A stretch of 64,000 bases of DNA from an uncultured Gammaproteobacteria bacterium (GCA_964497535.1 CAZCCG010000004.1:15218-79217), one strand, 5' to 3'. Counted from the first letter of the stretch, positions 1 to 10,170 are shown. A program made the numbers and translations. The notes: generated from the letters alone by a model not told the origin.

Positions 1-765
1 ACTATCCAGTATTTTGGGAAAGATTTACACACAAATAGAGAAGAGATTTTAGAACATGTTAATTTTTCCTCTACCTATACCAACCTTCCCTGGGTAATGA
101 CTGTTAAAGAGTGTCTGACTTTTATTTCTTATCTCTATGATATCCCTCACCGGAAACAAAGAATTGAAAAGATCACTAATATTTTTCAGATCGATTCATT
201 ACTGAATAAACAAATGAGTGAATTATCAGCTGGACAAAAGACGCGTGTCAATCTGGCAAAATCTCTCCTCAATTACCCGAGAGTTCTTTTGCTTGATGAA
301 CCTACTGCCTCTTTAGACCCTGATATAGCAGGATATATTCGAGACTTTTTAGTAAATCAAAGAGAAAAATTTCAAATGTCTATTATTATTACTTCTCACA
401 ATATGAATGAGGTAGAAGAAATTTGCGATCGTGTAGTTTTTATAAACAAAGGGCAGGTCATTGCAGACGATAAACCTGATATCTTGGCAAAAAAGATCGA
501 TGTTAGCCATATTGAACTTCTGGTAAGTAAAGGCTCCGCAGATCTTATCCAATACTGTAAGGATAAAAAGCTTGCATATCATAAAGAAGGCCATTTTATT
601 ATTATTGATGTGCCTGAAAAACAAATTGCGAAATTTCTCCATGAAATAGTGACGGCGGGAATTACGTATGATGAGATAAGTATTGAAAAACCAACTCTTG
701 AAGACTACTTTTTACAAGTAGCTCAACAGAGTCACAAAAAAAGCGAGAAGGAGGATAAAATATGA
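1..765 (+). CDS. ABC transporter ATP-binding protein (5' truncated by window edge)
   Basis: Frame open from base 1; signature LSAGQ, Walker B LLLDEPT, H-loop ITSH; overlaps permease start (ATGA). Confidence 0.9.
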   Translation, partial: TIQYFGKDLHTNREEILEHVNFSSTYTNLPWVMTVKECLTFISYLYDIPHRKQRIEKITNIFQIDSLLNKQMSELSAGQKTRVNLAKSLLNYPRVLLLDEPTASLDPDIAGYIRDFLVNQREKFQMSIIITSHNMNEVEEICDRVVFINKGQVIADDKPDILAKKIDVSHIELLVSKGSADLIQYCKDKKLAYHKEGHFIIIDVPEKQIAKFLHEIVTAGITYDEISIEKPTLEDYFLQVAQQSHKKSEKEDKI

Positions 766-1547
766 AACTACATCGTATTTTCGGAGTCATTCTTCGATTT
801 CTCTATCAGTTTCGTCATAGCTATGATCGGCTGTCTGATGCGTTTTATTGGCCAACGATGGATTTATTGTTATGGGGACTCACCAGCGCATATTTCACCA
901 CCTATGTTCCCAACCAGTCTCATTTTATCACTATTATTGTATCTGGAATTTTATTGTGGCTTATTGTTTGGCGCGCTCAATATGAAATTACAGTCGGTGT
1001 TTTATCTGATTTGTGGGATAAAAATTTTATCAATATGTTTATCTCTCCGCTCACCTTTTCTGAATGGCTCATTTCTTTTGTTATCATAGGTCTTATTAAA
1101 GGCCTCGTCAGCATCCTTTTTGCTATGGGTGTCGCGTTCTTATTATATAAAGTGCAGATATTCTTCTATGGATTTTATTTTATTCCATTTCTCATATTAC
1201 TTTTTATGACAGGATGGTGGGTTGGATTTTTTGTAGCAGGTATTATTATTCGATACGGTACTAAAATTCAAACACTTGCTTGGTCTGTTGTAGCACTTCT
1301 TATGCCTTTCTCAGCAATCTATTATCCATTATCGATCTTGCCAAAGTGGGCACAACAGGTATCACTTTTTATCCCAACGAGTTATGTTTTTGAAGGATCA
1401 CGGCAAATAATTCAACATAAAACACTTGATATGAATATGCTTCTTATAAGTTTTGTCATTAATCTCATTTACTTAATATTATCAATTTGGTTTCTAAAAA
1501 GAAGTTTCAACTGCATGTTAAATAAAGGATTAGCAAACTTAAGCTAA
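762..1547 (+). CDS. ABC-2 type transporter permease
   Basis: About six hydrophobic segments, YYPLSILPKWAQ ABC-2 C-terminal motif, coupled to ATPase gene. Confidence 0.85.
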   Translation: MKLHRIFGVILRFLYQFRHSYDRLSDAFYWPTMDLLLWGLTSAYFTTYVPNQSHFITIIVSGILLWLIVWRAQYEITVGVLSDLWDKNFINMFISPLTFSEWLISFVIIGLIKGLVSILFAMGVAFLLYKVQIFFYGFYFIPFLILLFMTGWWVGFFVAGIIIRYGTKIQTLAWSVVALLMPFSAIYYPLSILPKWAQQVSLFIPTSYVFEGSRQIIQHKTLDMNMLLISFVINLIYLILSIWFLKRSFNCMLNKGLANLS

Positions 1548-1550
1548 TCT

Positions 1551-1559
1551 TGTTATAAT
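1551..1559 (+). promoter_or_regulatory. Extended -10 promoter (TGtTATAAT) 6 nt before ATG, probably leaderless
   Basis: TGTTATAAT followed by cctctt ATG; no SD. Confidence 0.6.
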
Positions 1560-1565
1560 CCTCTT

Positions 1566-2021
1566 ATGACAAAGAAACAGCTTCAAGAAGAACTCAAACA
1601 ATCAATGCTGGCAAAAACTGCTGTTAAAACTTCTGTGCTGCGTATGCTTCTGTCGGCAATCGGTTATTATGAAATCCAAAAAGGAGGCGCCGGATACGTC
1701 GCCACCGAGGAAGATGTTTTGACCATTATTCAGAGAGAAGCAAAGCAGAGAAAAGATTCAATTGAGCAATTCCAAAAAGCGGGACGCCAAGATTTGGTTG
1801 ATAAAGAACAAAGTGAACTTGAAATGTTACAAACTTATTTGCCGGCTCAAATGGATGAGGCACAAATTCGGGTCCTTGTCAAAGAAGCAATTCATCAAAC
1901 AGGAGCAACATCAGCACAAGATATGGGGAAAATCATGGGTGCTTTGATGCCAAAAGTCAAAGGGAAAGCAGATGGAAATCTTGTCAACAAAATCGTCCGC
2001 GAACACCTCCAACCAGCATAA
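1566..2021 (+). CDS. yqeY: GatB/YqeY domain protein
   Basis: KQRKDSIEQF..GRQDL, YLP.Q, DMGKIMG..KGKADG are typical YqeY motifs. Confidence 0.9.
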   Translation: MTKKQLQEELKQSMLAKTAVKTSVLRMLLSAIGYYEIQKGGAGYVATEEDVLTIIQREAKQRKDSIEQFQKAGRQDLVDKEQSELEMLQTYLPAQMDEAQIRVLVKEAIHQTGATSAQDMGKIMGALMPKVKGKADGNLVNKIVREHLQPA

Positions 2022-2049
2022 TAGGGAATGGCATAGAGCATATGGGTAA

Positions 2050-2081
2050 AACTATACGCTATACGCTAATAACTAAACGCT
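2050..2081. repeat. Dispersed 7-nt-periodic repeat, family A copy 1
   Basis: aactatacgctatacgctaataactaaacgct; near-identical copies at 10138-10170 and 60617-60649. Confidence 0.8.
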
Positions 2082-2987
2082 ATTCGTCGCTTTACGCTTC
2101 CTACCCAGCTCATCCCATAAAACCAGAAGTGGAGCTGCGTTAAAGATTGAGGAATAAGTACCTGAAATTACTCCTACAAGAAGAGCTACAATAAACCATT
2201 TTGTGCTTTCCCCTCCAAACAGAAGAAGTGTCAACAAAACCAAAATAACCGTAAGTGAAGTATTCAAAGAACGACCTAATGTTTGAATAATTGATTCATT
2301 TACAACTTTTGCAAAAGATATACCTGGCATGCGGCGTAAATTTTCTCGAATACGATCAAACACAACAATTGTATCGTGGACAGAAAATCCGATCACCGTC
2401 AAAATAGCGGTTACGAACAAGCTATCTATTTCTACATTGAAAAAATGCCCAAGAAGTGAGAAAACTCCCAATAATATCAATACATCATGTAAAAGAGCTA
2501 CAATTGCGCAAATACCAAATCGGATACTACTGGCAGGTTTGGGAACTTTTCGAAATGACCAAGCGATAAAAAGTACAATAAGAACCGATGAAAGAACTAC
2601 TGCTTTGATGGCATTTATTGTCGTTTCGCTACCCACTGTTGGTCCAACCGTTTCAAAACTTACCTCGTGGCTTCCAGGGAATTTGGTAGCAATATTTGTA
2701 GTAATTTGCTTATTTTTCAAAGGTGTGACTTCCTTGGATCGAATAATATACGTTCCTGATCCTGTTTTTTGAATGCCACTTACTTCAATTTTTTGTTTTT
2801 GTAGTTGTGCAGTTATTTCAGTTTTAACTACATTTTCATTTTTATTTAGAATTTGGAACTCCATTCGGCTCCCTCCTACAAAGTCAATGGATGGTTTTAG
2901 CCCAAAAAGAACAAGAGAAATAGTCCCCGGAATAATAACCAGCAGGGAAATGATGAAATAAAGATTTTTTTTACCAATTATGTCCAT
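2073..2987 (-). CDS. secF: Protein translocase subunit SecF
   Basis: IDFVGG, ETVGPTVG, GFSVHDTIVVFDRIREN, GTYSSIF motifs. Confidence 0.97.
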   Translation of the reverse strand: MDIIGKKNLYFIISLLVIIPGTISLVLFGLKPSIDFVGGSRMEFQILNKNENVVKTEITAQLQKQKIEVSGIQKTGSGTYIIRSKEVTPLKNKQITTNIATKFPGSHEVSFETVGPTVGSETTINAIKAVVLSSVLIVLFIAWSFRKVPKPASSIRFGICAIVALLHDVLILLGVFSLLGHFFNVEIDSLFVTAILTVIGFSVHDTIVVFDRIRENLRRMPGISFAKVVNESIIQTLGRSLNTSLTVILVLLTLLLFGGESTKWFIVALLVGVISGTYSSIFNAAPLLVLWDELGRKRKATNSV

Positions 2988-3091
2988 ACATTAAATTTAA
3001 AGCTAAAAATGAAAAGTTAAAAGTAAAGGTACTCAACTATAAATAAAAGTACCATAATTTTTAATTTTGCACTTTGATTTTTTAACTTTGT

Positions 3092-4420
3092 CTATCTATA
3101 GATTGTTCTCAAAAATGTCTTGGTTACTACAATTGCTGAAAACATTGATACCAACACTCCAATAGCCAACGTTAGCGCAAACCCTCTCACTATTCCAGTT
3201 CCGAATTGGAAAAGAATTGCACTGGTAATAAGACTTGAAATGTTGGAATCACGAATTGATGTCCATGCCCGTGAAAAACCAAGCTCAATTGCAACATGAC
3301 GGGATTTACCTGCTCGAAGCTCTTCTTTCATTCGTTCAAAAATGAGAATATTGGCATCCACTGCCATACCGATCGACAGAACAAAACCGGCAATTCCCGC
3401 AAGAGTAAGAGTTACAGGAACTAACTTAAAAATTGCCAAGATAAAAAGAGTATAAAGTATCAATGCAAAACTTGCTACCACTCCAAGTCTTCCATACAAA
3501 ACGACCATAAATATGACAACCACAATAAATCCTATAATCCCGGCAAATAAACTTTTCTCCAACGATGACTCGCCAAGCGTTGCACCAATCGTTTGCTGAT
3601 TTAAAAGCTTTAATGGAACACGCAACGAACCGGCATTTAAAAGTGTAGCCAGCTGGCTTACCTGAGCGCTGGTGAAATTACCACTTATTTGTCCGTTATC
3701 GCGAATCGGCTCTTGTACAACAGGGGCTGAAATTACCTGAGTATCTAGGAAAATAACCATGGGTTTTCCTACTAACTTTTGGGTATTATTAAAAAACTTT
3801 TGTTGGCTCTGGGGGATAACCTGAAACGTGACAACAGGCGCCCCGGTTTGTTGATTAAAAGATGCTTGCGCAGTTTTCAGATCAGCACCGGACAAACCGG
3901 TAGGTATCGTATTCTCCAGGGTTGGAAGAGCAGAGGTTGTTGCATCTTTCATCTGCCGAAATTCCAGTTTTGCAGTAGTTCCAACCAATCCTACTGCAGC
4001 ATTGAGATCTGTCACTCCTGGTAATTCTACAATGATTCGTTGCTGGTTATTAACGGTAGCCGTTTGGACCACCGGCTCAGATACTCCAAATAAATTAACC
4101 CGTCGTTCAATAACTGATTTTACACTTTCAATTGCAGCTTTTTGTTGATCTTTGGGAGTATCTTTCATGTCAGCTTGCAATGTTATACTTGTTCCTCCTT
4201 CAAGATCAAGACCTCTATGAAAAGAAAAATCACGAGAGATATGAACCATGTCCAAGATTGATTGAAAACCATACAGAGTAGTATTTATTGAGATTGGTTT
4301 TTGAATAAGAGGAATAGTTGTGCGAGAACGGATAGGCAATACCTGAGGCATATCAATAAGAATTGCCAAAACTGTTACTGCAATAATAATCCAAAAAAAG
4401 AGTCGAGGGTTGTTTTTCAT
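3092..4420 (-). CDS. secD: Protein translocase subunit SecD
   Basis: GLDLEGG, RRVNLFGVSEP, IGMAVDANILIFER motifs. Confidence 0.97.
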   Translation of the reverse strand: MKNNPRLFFWIIIAVTVLAILIDMPQVLPIRSRTTIPLIQKPISINTTLYGFQSILDMVHISRDFSFHRGLDLEGGTSITLQADMKDTPKDQQKAAIESVKSVIERRVNLFGVSEPVVQTATVNNQQRIIVELPGVTDLNAAVGLVGTTAKLEFRQMKDATTSALPTLENTIPTGLSGADLKTAQASFNQQTGAPVVTFQVIPQSQQKFFNNTQKLVGKPMVIFLDTQVISAPVVQEPIRDNGQISGNFTSAQVSQLATLLNAGSLRVPLKLLNQQTIGATLGESSLEKSLFAGIIGFIVVVIFMVVLYGRLGVVASFALILYTLFILAIFKLVPVTLTLAGIAGFVLSIGMAVDANILIFERMKEELRAGKSRHVAIELGFSRAWTSIRDSNISSLITSAILFQFGTGIVRGFALTLAIGVLVSMFSAIVVTKTFLRTIYR

Positions 4421-4992
4421 GAGAGCATTGTTTCTTCATCTCCAATGATCATTACTCTGGAGCCGTAAATAATAGAATAAATAAATGGGTCACTTTTTTT
4501 CTTTCGGAAATTAAATTCATCTTCTGTCATTGCCGTATAGTTGATTTCTCTACTAATTCTATTCTCTTCATTTCGAACCAGTAATGCGAGTTCGGGTAAA
4601 ACTACGGTGCCTACAATAAGAAGGTCAACATCTTCTGCTTTCTTTTTGATTCTTCTGGCGAATCGACCGGAAAACATTACATATTTGAGTCTCCCCAGTT
4701 TGGATCTGTTTTTTAAAATATCTGCTCCCAGACCTAACGTTTTTACTCCAAGATATAGTAAATCAAAGTAAAACGGATAATCTTTATTGAAAAAATAATA
4801 GAGTCTATTGGCTCGCTGTTCGTGTTTGAGAATCCCCTTTTTCTCCAAAAAAGCCAGTTCACGACGCACTGCATTAATTTCATCATCAGTTCTCCGCACC
4901 AATTCGCGCACATGAAACATCTCATACGGAAACGTAAGAAAAACATTGAGCAGTTTTACTCTAGATTTCGATGTAATTAAATCTGCAAACAT
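4417..4992 (-). CDS. Winged-helix (ArsR-like) protein with C-terminal minimal nucleotidyltransferase-like domain
   Basis: N-terminal HVRELVR..INAVRREL..LEKKGIL HTH; C-terminal SGRF..DVDLLIVG; stop overlaps secD start. Confidence 0.7.
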   Translation of the reverse strand: MFADLITSKSRVKLLNVFLTFPYEMFHVRELVRRTDDEINAVRRELAFLEKKGILKHEQRANRLYYFFNKDYPFYFDLLYLGVKTLGLGADILKNRSKLGRLKYVMFSGRFARRIKKKAEDVDLLIVGTVVLPELALLVRNEENRISREINYTAMTEDEFNFRKKKSDPFIYSIIYGSRVMIIGDEETMLS

Positions 4993-5079
4993 ATATGTCG
5001 GCCCCCTTTATATTCAAGAGCCGCATTCCCGAAGAGAAGGCAGGGGTAAACCGGTAACATGCTATGGGGACAATAGATG

Positions 5080-6249
5080 TTACTGTACGTCTATCACTCC
5101 ATCGGTAGGCATAATCTCAAACCACATTTTACCACGTTCAAACTTAATTGGCGAGCCGCTATTATCATATATCAATGTTCTGGCCGTGCGTGAAGCTTTT
5201 TTCCATGTTCCTTTTATCTGCTTCCCATCCATAAAGATGTATGCTTTCCCTGTCCCTGTGGTATCAAAAAGTAAATGAGCATTATTTTCATAGCCATCAT
5301 CCGCATGAGTCTGATCCATTGAAAGCACTACTACATCACGGGCACTTAACTGTTTATTGGTATCTTTATCAATATGGGCAACTCCACCATTTGAGCGCAT
5401 ATATAATCCAGTTTTGGGATCATATTTCCAGTCCACAAAGTATGCTTTATATCCTGACCAGAACTCCAGATGAATTAATTGCTGATTCGTCCCTTTTGTG
5501 CCATCTTCAAACGTATAAGGAACGAAATCCTGATTCCATAATGCTCCTGTTTTATCTACGTTGGTGAGATTTCTCTTTTTTGCGGCAAAATCCCACAGTT
5601 TTGAGGTAGTGGAATACATAGTATGCTCGGTAGCCGTATCATGACCTAATCTATCGTAATCTCTCCAAAATGTTGGGAAGCCGATTGAAAATTGATTTAG
5701 GTCGTTATATCCTGCCCAACCATACTCTTCAATTTGTCCCAAAGCATCTGCCGGTCCAGGTGTATTTGCCCCTCCTACATGAGCATAGAGCGGATATGCA
5801 CCATATTCTGAAATCCAATCCAAGAAATATGTTCGGGCTGACCGTACCGGGCCTACCTGTCCCCCGTCTTGGCAATAGAATACATTCAGGGTACGGGTAA
5901 TTCCTCCCTCTGCTACTGTTTCATAGGTAATATCCGCAAATGAAATTCCCGATTGTGGCCTGGCATCTTCATGGTTTTCAATCATGATTCCCAATGGACG
6001 GTGGTTACTCCACCAATCTTTTTGCTCTTTTGAATACTGTACCCCATTTATGGGACATGACTCTGTTTTTGGAGCATTTTCATCAAAAGTGACTCTCCCG
6101 TCGGTTCCTTTTTTCAGGGGAGAGGTAGGATTACTGGTCACATTTGTTGTAGGCTTACCCGGTCTTGAAAAGACGAGATAAGAGATACCAACACAAAGCA
6201 GATATGTAATAACCATAATTACTCCCAATACTAATTTTCTATTCTTCAT
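5080..6249 (-). CDS. DUF3048 family membrane-anchored protein
   Basis: N-terminal TM; RPL.IMIEN..ARPQSG, EGGITR, GPVRSAR motifs. Confidence 0.85.
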   Translation of the reverse strand: MKNRKLVLGVIMVITYLLCVGISYLVFSRPGKPTTNVTSNPTSPLKKGTDGRVTFDENAPKTESCPINGVQYSKEQKDWWSNHRPLGIMIENHEDARPQSGISFADITYETVAEGGITRTLNVFYCQDGGQVGPVRSARTYFLDWISEYGAYPLYAHVGGANTPGPADALGQIEEYGWAGYNDLNQFSIGFPTFWRDYDRLGHDTATEHTMYSTTSKLWDFAAKKRNLTNVDKTGALWNQDFVPYTFEDGTKGTNQQLIHLEFWSGYKAYFVDWKYDPKTGLYMRSNGGVAHIDKDTNKQLSARDVVVLSMDQTHADDGYENNAHLLFDTTGTGKAYIFMDGKQIKGTWKKASRTARTLIYDNSGSPIKFERGKMWFEIMPTDGVIDVQ

Positions 6250-6709
6250 CTTTTTGTATTTGTTTTAAAGCCTTTTGCTCCTCTACTGATAATTCGTGTG
6301 GTGTACCTTTTCCTTCAGTGACTTGTTTGGCATACCATCTCGTGCCTGACCGTGAGTAAAGACTGGAAATAATAACTCCTGTATTTTTCTTATCGACAAA
6401 GGCTAACGTAAAACTTTGATCTCCTCCGGTATCTTTAAATGGATTAAATCGTAATAATCCTACTTTTTGCAAATGTGACACCCCATCTTTTTCAATTTTA
6501 TCACACCAGAGCTTAAGAGAGTCAATATCCTTTTGTGTTACTTCTCCTTGTTTGAGCAGGTGATTTAAAACATTCGTCAATGTTTTGTTGGAGATATCTT
6601 TTGTAAGGTTATTATAGTGAGATTGCTGCAGCCAAACAAAAATACTCAGGGCAAGAAGCCACAAAAAAATAACACCAACGATAACAACGGGGATAATATT
6701 CTCAGGCAT
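6239..6709 (-). CDS. DUF4446 family protein
   Basis: N-terminal TM; RFNPF.DTGGDQSF, SR..TRWYAK, LS.EE motifs. Confidence 0.85.
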   Translation of the reverse strand: MPENIIPVVIVGVIFLWLLALSIFVWLQQSHYNNLTKDISNKTLTNVLNHLLKQGEVTQKDIDSLKLWCDKIEKDGVSHLQKVGLLRFNPFKDTGGDQSFTLAFVDKKNTGVIISSLYSRSGTRWYAKQVTEGKGTPHELSVEEQKALKQIQKDEE

Positions 6710-6773
6710 AGTGTTGCTTTATAGTAGCCTCTTGACAGGCTCGTGTCAATAGTGTAATCTTTTGCGTATTGCC

Positions 6774-7079
6774 ATGAGTAGACGAAAAAAAACGCGCGAG
6801 CAAAAAAAGATTGCGGACCTGAGAAAAAAACTACAAGAACAAACTTCTCCATCAGTCATGCAAACAAAGGCGTCAGGGCTGCCTTCCCAACCAATGGTAC
6901 GCTATAACATTCCTTTAGCCATAAAGAAAGACTCCTTATATAGCCCTTCATCCTACGTAACAATTGTCCATGATGTGCGTAAAACCTTTCTATTAACAAC
7001 TTCTATAATAACTGTTGAACTGATTCTCTTCTTCTTATTGACACATCATATTGTTACAATTCCAATGCTACGGTATTGA
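6774..7079 (+). CDS. Small hypothetical protein, basic N-terminus and C-terminal TM helix
   Basis: ATG at 6774 (MSRRKKTREQKKIADLR); C-terminal hydrophobic segment; divergent from DUF4446 gene. Confidence 0.65.
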   Translation: MSRRKKTREQKKIADLRKKLQEQTSPSVMQTKASGLPSQPMVRYNIPLAIKKDSLYSPSSYVTIVHDVRKTFLLTTSIITVELILFFLLTHHIVTIPMLRY

Positions 7080-7112
7080 GAGTATATACCTTGAAAGGGG
7101 GTGAATGTTTAT

Positions 7113-7256
7113 ATGGCAACTATGTATTGCGTAAAATGCAGAGCAAAAAAAGAAGACCCAGATGCACAAAAAGTAACCATGAAAAATGGAAAACCTGCTC
7201 TGAAAGGAAAGTGCCCAACTTGTGGCACAGCAATGTTTAAGATCGGAGCAAAGTAA
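7113..7256 (+). CDS. 47-aa zinc-ribbon protein, DUF5679-like (not in ORF track)
   Basis: MATMYCVKCRAKKEDPDAQKVTMKNGKPALKGKCPTCGTAMFKIGAK; two CxxC; strong SD aaagggggtga upstream; terminator downstream. Confidence 0.85.
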   Translation: MATMYCVKCRAKKEDPDAQKVTMKNGKPALKGKCPTCGTAMFKIGAK

Positions 7257-7310
7257 GCTTTCATCTTTTACATTCTTGAAAACCCACTCGAGTGGAAACT
7301 TCAAGATAAT

Positions 7311-7335
7311 AAAAACCCCCGTCTTGGGGGTTTTT
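7311..7335. terminator. Bidirectional intrinsic terminator
   Basis: aaaaacccccgtcttgggggttttt, perfect stem with A/T tracts between convergent genes. Confidence 0.85.
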
Positions 7336-7365
7336 AGTTTGATTCCAAACTTTTAAGAAAAGAAA

Positions 7366-8259
7366 TTAACGAAGTTCTTCAAAAAGAGGATTGATGTCGA
7401 TTGGTTCAATCGATTGTTTGACCAATGGTGTTTGGGCAATTTGGGGGATGCCGTCTTCCCAGGTCGGTCTTTCTTCTACATAAAAGATGCCTGTTGGAAC
7501 CCGTTCTTTTGTTCCTTCGGGCAGCGGACGTTTCAATGGCCATTCTTCTGCTCTTGCAAATGCCTTTGTTTTGTCATGTGGATCATGTCCTTCATTTTCT
7601 ATCTTGTATATCCTTTCATAAAACCATGCGAAAGTATTTTTGTGATTGAAGGTTACACAAGGCTGCATAGAATCAACAATTGAAAAACCTTTATGTTGTA
7701 TGGCTGCACTCAAAAGCTCAGTCTCTTGTTTATTATCTCCTGCAAATCCCCGAGCTACAAAGGTAGCGCCAGCAGAAAGAGTCAATGACAATGGATCAAT
7801 AGGTGCTTCCACAGTTGGTACTGGCGTGGCTTTGTTTGATACTCCAATATCGGTTGCCGGCGAATATTGCCCGGTCGTCAAACCATAGATCTGGTTGTTA
7901 TGAACAAGCAGCGTCAGATTTACATTTCTTCGTGCCGCATGCATTAAATGTCCCAAGCCTTCTCCGTACTGATCCCCATCTCCACCGATAACAATAACCG
8001 TTAACCCATTGTTTGCCAATCTAATACCTTCAGCAACGGGCATAGGACGACCGTGTAAGCCGTTAAATCCGAACGTTTTTACCCAATAGGGCAATTTACT
8101 CGAACAACCAATTCCGGAGATCAATACGACCTCCCAGGGGTTGAGATTCAGTTGGACAATAGCATTTTTGAGAGAAACCCAAATTCCAAAGTCTCCACAT
8201 CCCGGACACCAGTTTGGTTTGTCATAGGTAATTGTTAAATCCTGTAATGTTGTTGCCAT
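7366..8259 (-). CDS. 2-oxoacid:ferredoxin oxidoreductase beta subunit
   Basis: WCPGCGD, SGIGCS, LHGR, GGDGD...NNQIYGLTTGQ TPP-binding motifs. Confidence 0.95.
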   Translation of the reverse strand: MATTLQDLTITYDKPNWCPGCGDFGIWVSLKNAIVQLNLNPWEVVLISGIGCSSKLPYWVKTFGFNGLHGRPMPVAEGIRLANNGLTVIVIGGDGDQYGEGLGHLMHAARRNVNLTLLVHNNQIYGLTTGQYSPATDIGVSNKATPVPTVEAPIDPLSLTLSAGATFVARGFAGDNKQETELLSAAIQHKGFSIVDSMQPCVTFNHKNTFAWFYERIYKIENEGHDPHDKTKAFARAEEWPLKRPLPEGTKERVPTGIFYVEERPTWEDGIPQIAQTPLVKQSIEPIDINPLFEELR

Positions 8260-8274
8260 AAGAGTAAATTGTTT

Positions 8275-8327
8275 TGGGTTATAGGTTCATTGTTCATTGC
8301 TACTATGAACTCTGAACACAGAACTCA
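8275..8327. repeat. 7-nt-periodic imperfect palindrome, family B copy 1
   Basis: GTTC units then GAAC units; similar to the reverse complement of 50604-50660. Confidence 0.65.
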
Positions 8328-8341
8328 TAATTGACTTATTT

Positions 8342-10081
8342 TTAAATAAGCGTTTGGACTTTCTCCACAATTTCTTCTGCATAGAATGGTCTTCCGTCAT
8401 ATTTTCTCATATTATGGTTGACAGATAAACCTGTCTTTTCACGAATCAGTCCTTCAAACTGTCCGGTAAAATTTTCTTCTAAAATTAAGGTCTTTTTTGC
8501 GTTCTTAATAACTTGTGCTACAACTTCTGAAGGAAATGGATTCATATAGGCAACTTGTAAAAAATTTACGGTTATTCCTGTATCTTTTAATATACGCATT
8601 GCATCTAGAATTGGAAGTTTGGATGAACCAAACGCAAGCAGAGTTATTTGTGCATCAGATGGCCCTTGTAAATCAGGTGAGGAAATCTCCAATGTTGCTT
8701 GGTCCAGTTTTTTGAATCGTTTGGTCATCATTTTCACCCGTACCGTTGCTTCTTCATTGTATAACCCCTTTTCATCATGCTCATCAGAACCTGACAAGCC
8801 AATTCCTCCTTGTTGTCCCGGTATACTACGGGGAGAAACCCCATCATCTGTTAATTCATATCGTTTGTAATCTTGGATTTGTTTTGCCTGATCATCGTTC
8901 AATAATTTCCCTCGCTCAAGCTTAAAAGCTGCAGCATGATCTTTCAATACTGACTCAAGAACCGAAGCATGAGCTTCCATAATATATTTATCAACCAGTA
9001 CGATTACCTGTAACTGGTATTTTTCAGCCAAATTGAATGCCTGCATCGTATAGGTAAAAAGCTCGACCAGATCTCCGGGCGCTACAATAATACGAGGAAA
9101 ATCACCTTGTGCCGCATGCATTACAAACCGCAGATCTCCTTGATCCGTCCATGTCGGCATACCCGTTGCCGGTCCGGGTCTCATACCCATGATAATAACC
9201 AACGGAGTCTCTGTTTGTGCAGCAAGCCCCAGACTCTCTACCATGAGCGAAAAACCACCTCCGCTGGTAGCAACCATACTTCTGGCTCCGGCAAACGATG
9301 CACCCAGAGCCATATTGATTCCGGCAATTTCATCTTCTGGCTCTTTTGCCACAATGTTGTATTTCAATGCATGCGCTACAAGAGTTGTCATAACGCTATT
9401 AATGGGAGTCATGGGGTAAATTGCGGCGAATTTAAGTCCTGCTCGTATTGCCCCCAATGCAACTGCTTCTCCCCCTCCAAGAAGTATTTTTTCTTGAGGT
9501 TTTTTTTCTACCAATGCTTTGCAGGAAGAGGCAAAATGTTGCTTCACGTAATCAAACCCTGCCTTTGAAGTATTTATATTTTCCGCAATGACCGTTTCTC
9601 CTTTTCTGCCAAAAATATCCTGCAAAATTTTCTGTAATACTTCGTAATCAGGATAAAAAAGAGGCAGAGATGCCCCCACAGCGACAGTATTAACCATCAG
9701 ACGATCGGCTTTTACTTGTTGAGTCAACTCAAGAAATGGAACCGCCAACAATGATACCGTTACGGGAAATTCTCCATCTGCAATTTTTGTCATTGCCGGA
9801 TCATAGAGAACAAAAGCATTGGGTGCCAGTTCATCTTTATGCTTATCTATGGTATCTCGATTTAACGCAACCAGAATATCTACCGGCATTTTTTGAGAAT
9901 GTATTTCGACATCCGCAGCTCTGACATAATAAGCATTATGTCCACCCCGAATTAAAGAGGGATATTCCACATAATCAAAAACAGAAAGTCCAAGACGGGT
10001 AAAAATTTTTGACATCATCGTACCTACCGTCATGATGCCATATCCTGCTTCTCCACCAATTAACCACTGAATATCTACCAT
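8342..10081 (-). CDS. 2-oxoacid:ferredoxin oxidoreductase alpha subunit (gamma-alpha fusion)
   Basis: GGEAGYG, YPSLIRGGHN, YPMTP, EDEIA, TSGGGFSLM, RPGPATGMPT motifs. Confidence 0.95.
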   Translation of the reverse strand: MVDIQWLIGGEAGYGIMTVGTMMSKIFTRLGLSVFDYVEYPSLIRGGHNAYYVRAADVEIHSQKMPVDILVALNRDTIDKHKDELAPNAFVLYDPAMTKIADGEFPVTVSLLAVPFLELTQQVKADRLMVNTVAVGASLPLFYPDYEVLQKILQDIFGRKGETVIAENINTSKAGFDYVKQHFASSCKALVEKKPQEKILLGGGEAVALGAIRAGLKFAAIYPMTPINSVMTTLVAHALKYNIVAKEPEDEIAGINMALGASFAGARSMVATSGGGFSLMVESLGLAAQTETPLVIIMGMRPGPATGMPTWTDQGDLRFVMHAAQGDFPRIIVAPGDLVELFTYTMQAFNLAEKYQLQVIVLVDKYIMEAHASVLESVLKDHAAAFKLERGKLLNDDQAKQIQDYKRYELTDDGVSPRSIPGQQGGIGLSGSDEHDEKGLYNEEATVRVKMMTKRFKKLDQATLEISSPDLQGPSDAQITLLAFGSSKLPILDAMRILKDTGITVNFLQVAYMNPFPSEVVAQVIKNAKKTLILEENFTGQFEGLIREKTGLSVNHNMRKYDGRPFYAEEIVEKVQTLI

Positions 10082-10137
10082 ACTAGTAATTCCTGAACCA
10101 ATTATAAACTAAATCCACATGAATTCCAATATAATCA

Positions 10138-10170
10138 AACTATACGCTAAACGCTTATAACTAAACGCTG
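10138..10170. repeat. 7-nt-periodic repeat, family A copy 2
   Basis: aactatacgctaaacgcttataactaaacgctg; 2 mismatches to the copy inside tsaD. Confidence 0.8.

Noticed and set aside
4998-5060. SRP (4.5S) RNA
   Set aside because: cattcccgaagagaaggcag only loosely resembles CAGG-TCC-GGAA-GGA-AGCAG; the conserved loop bases are missing
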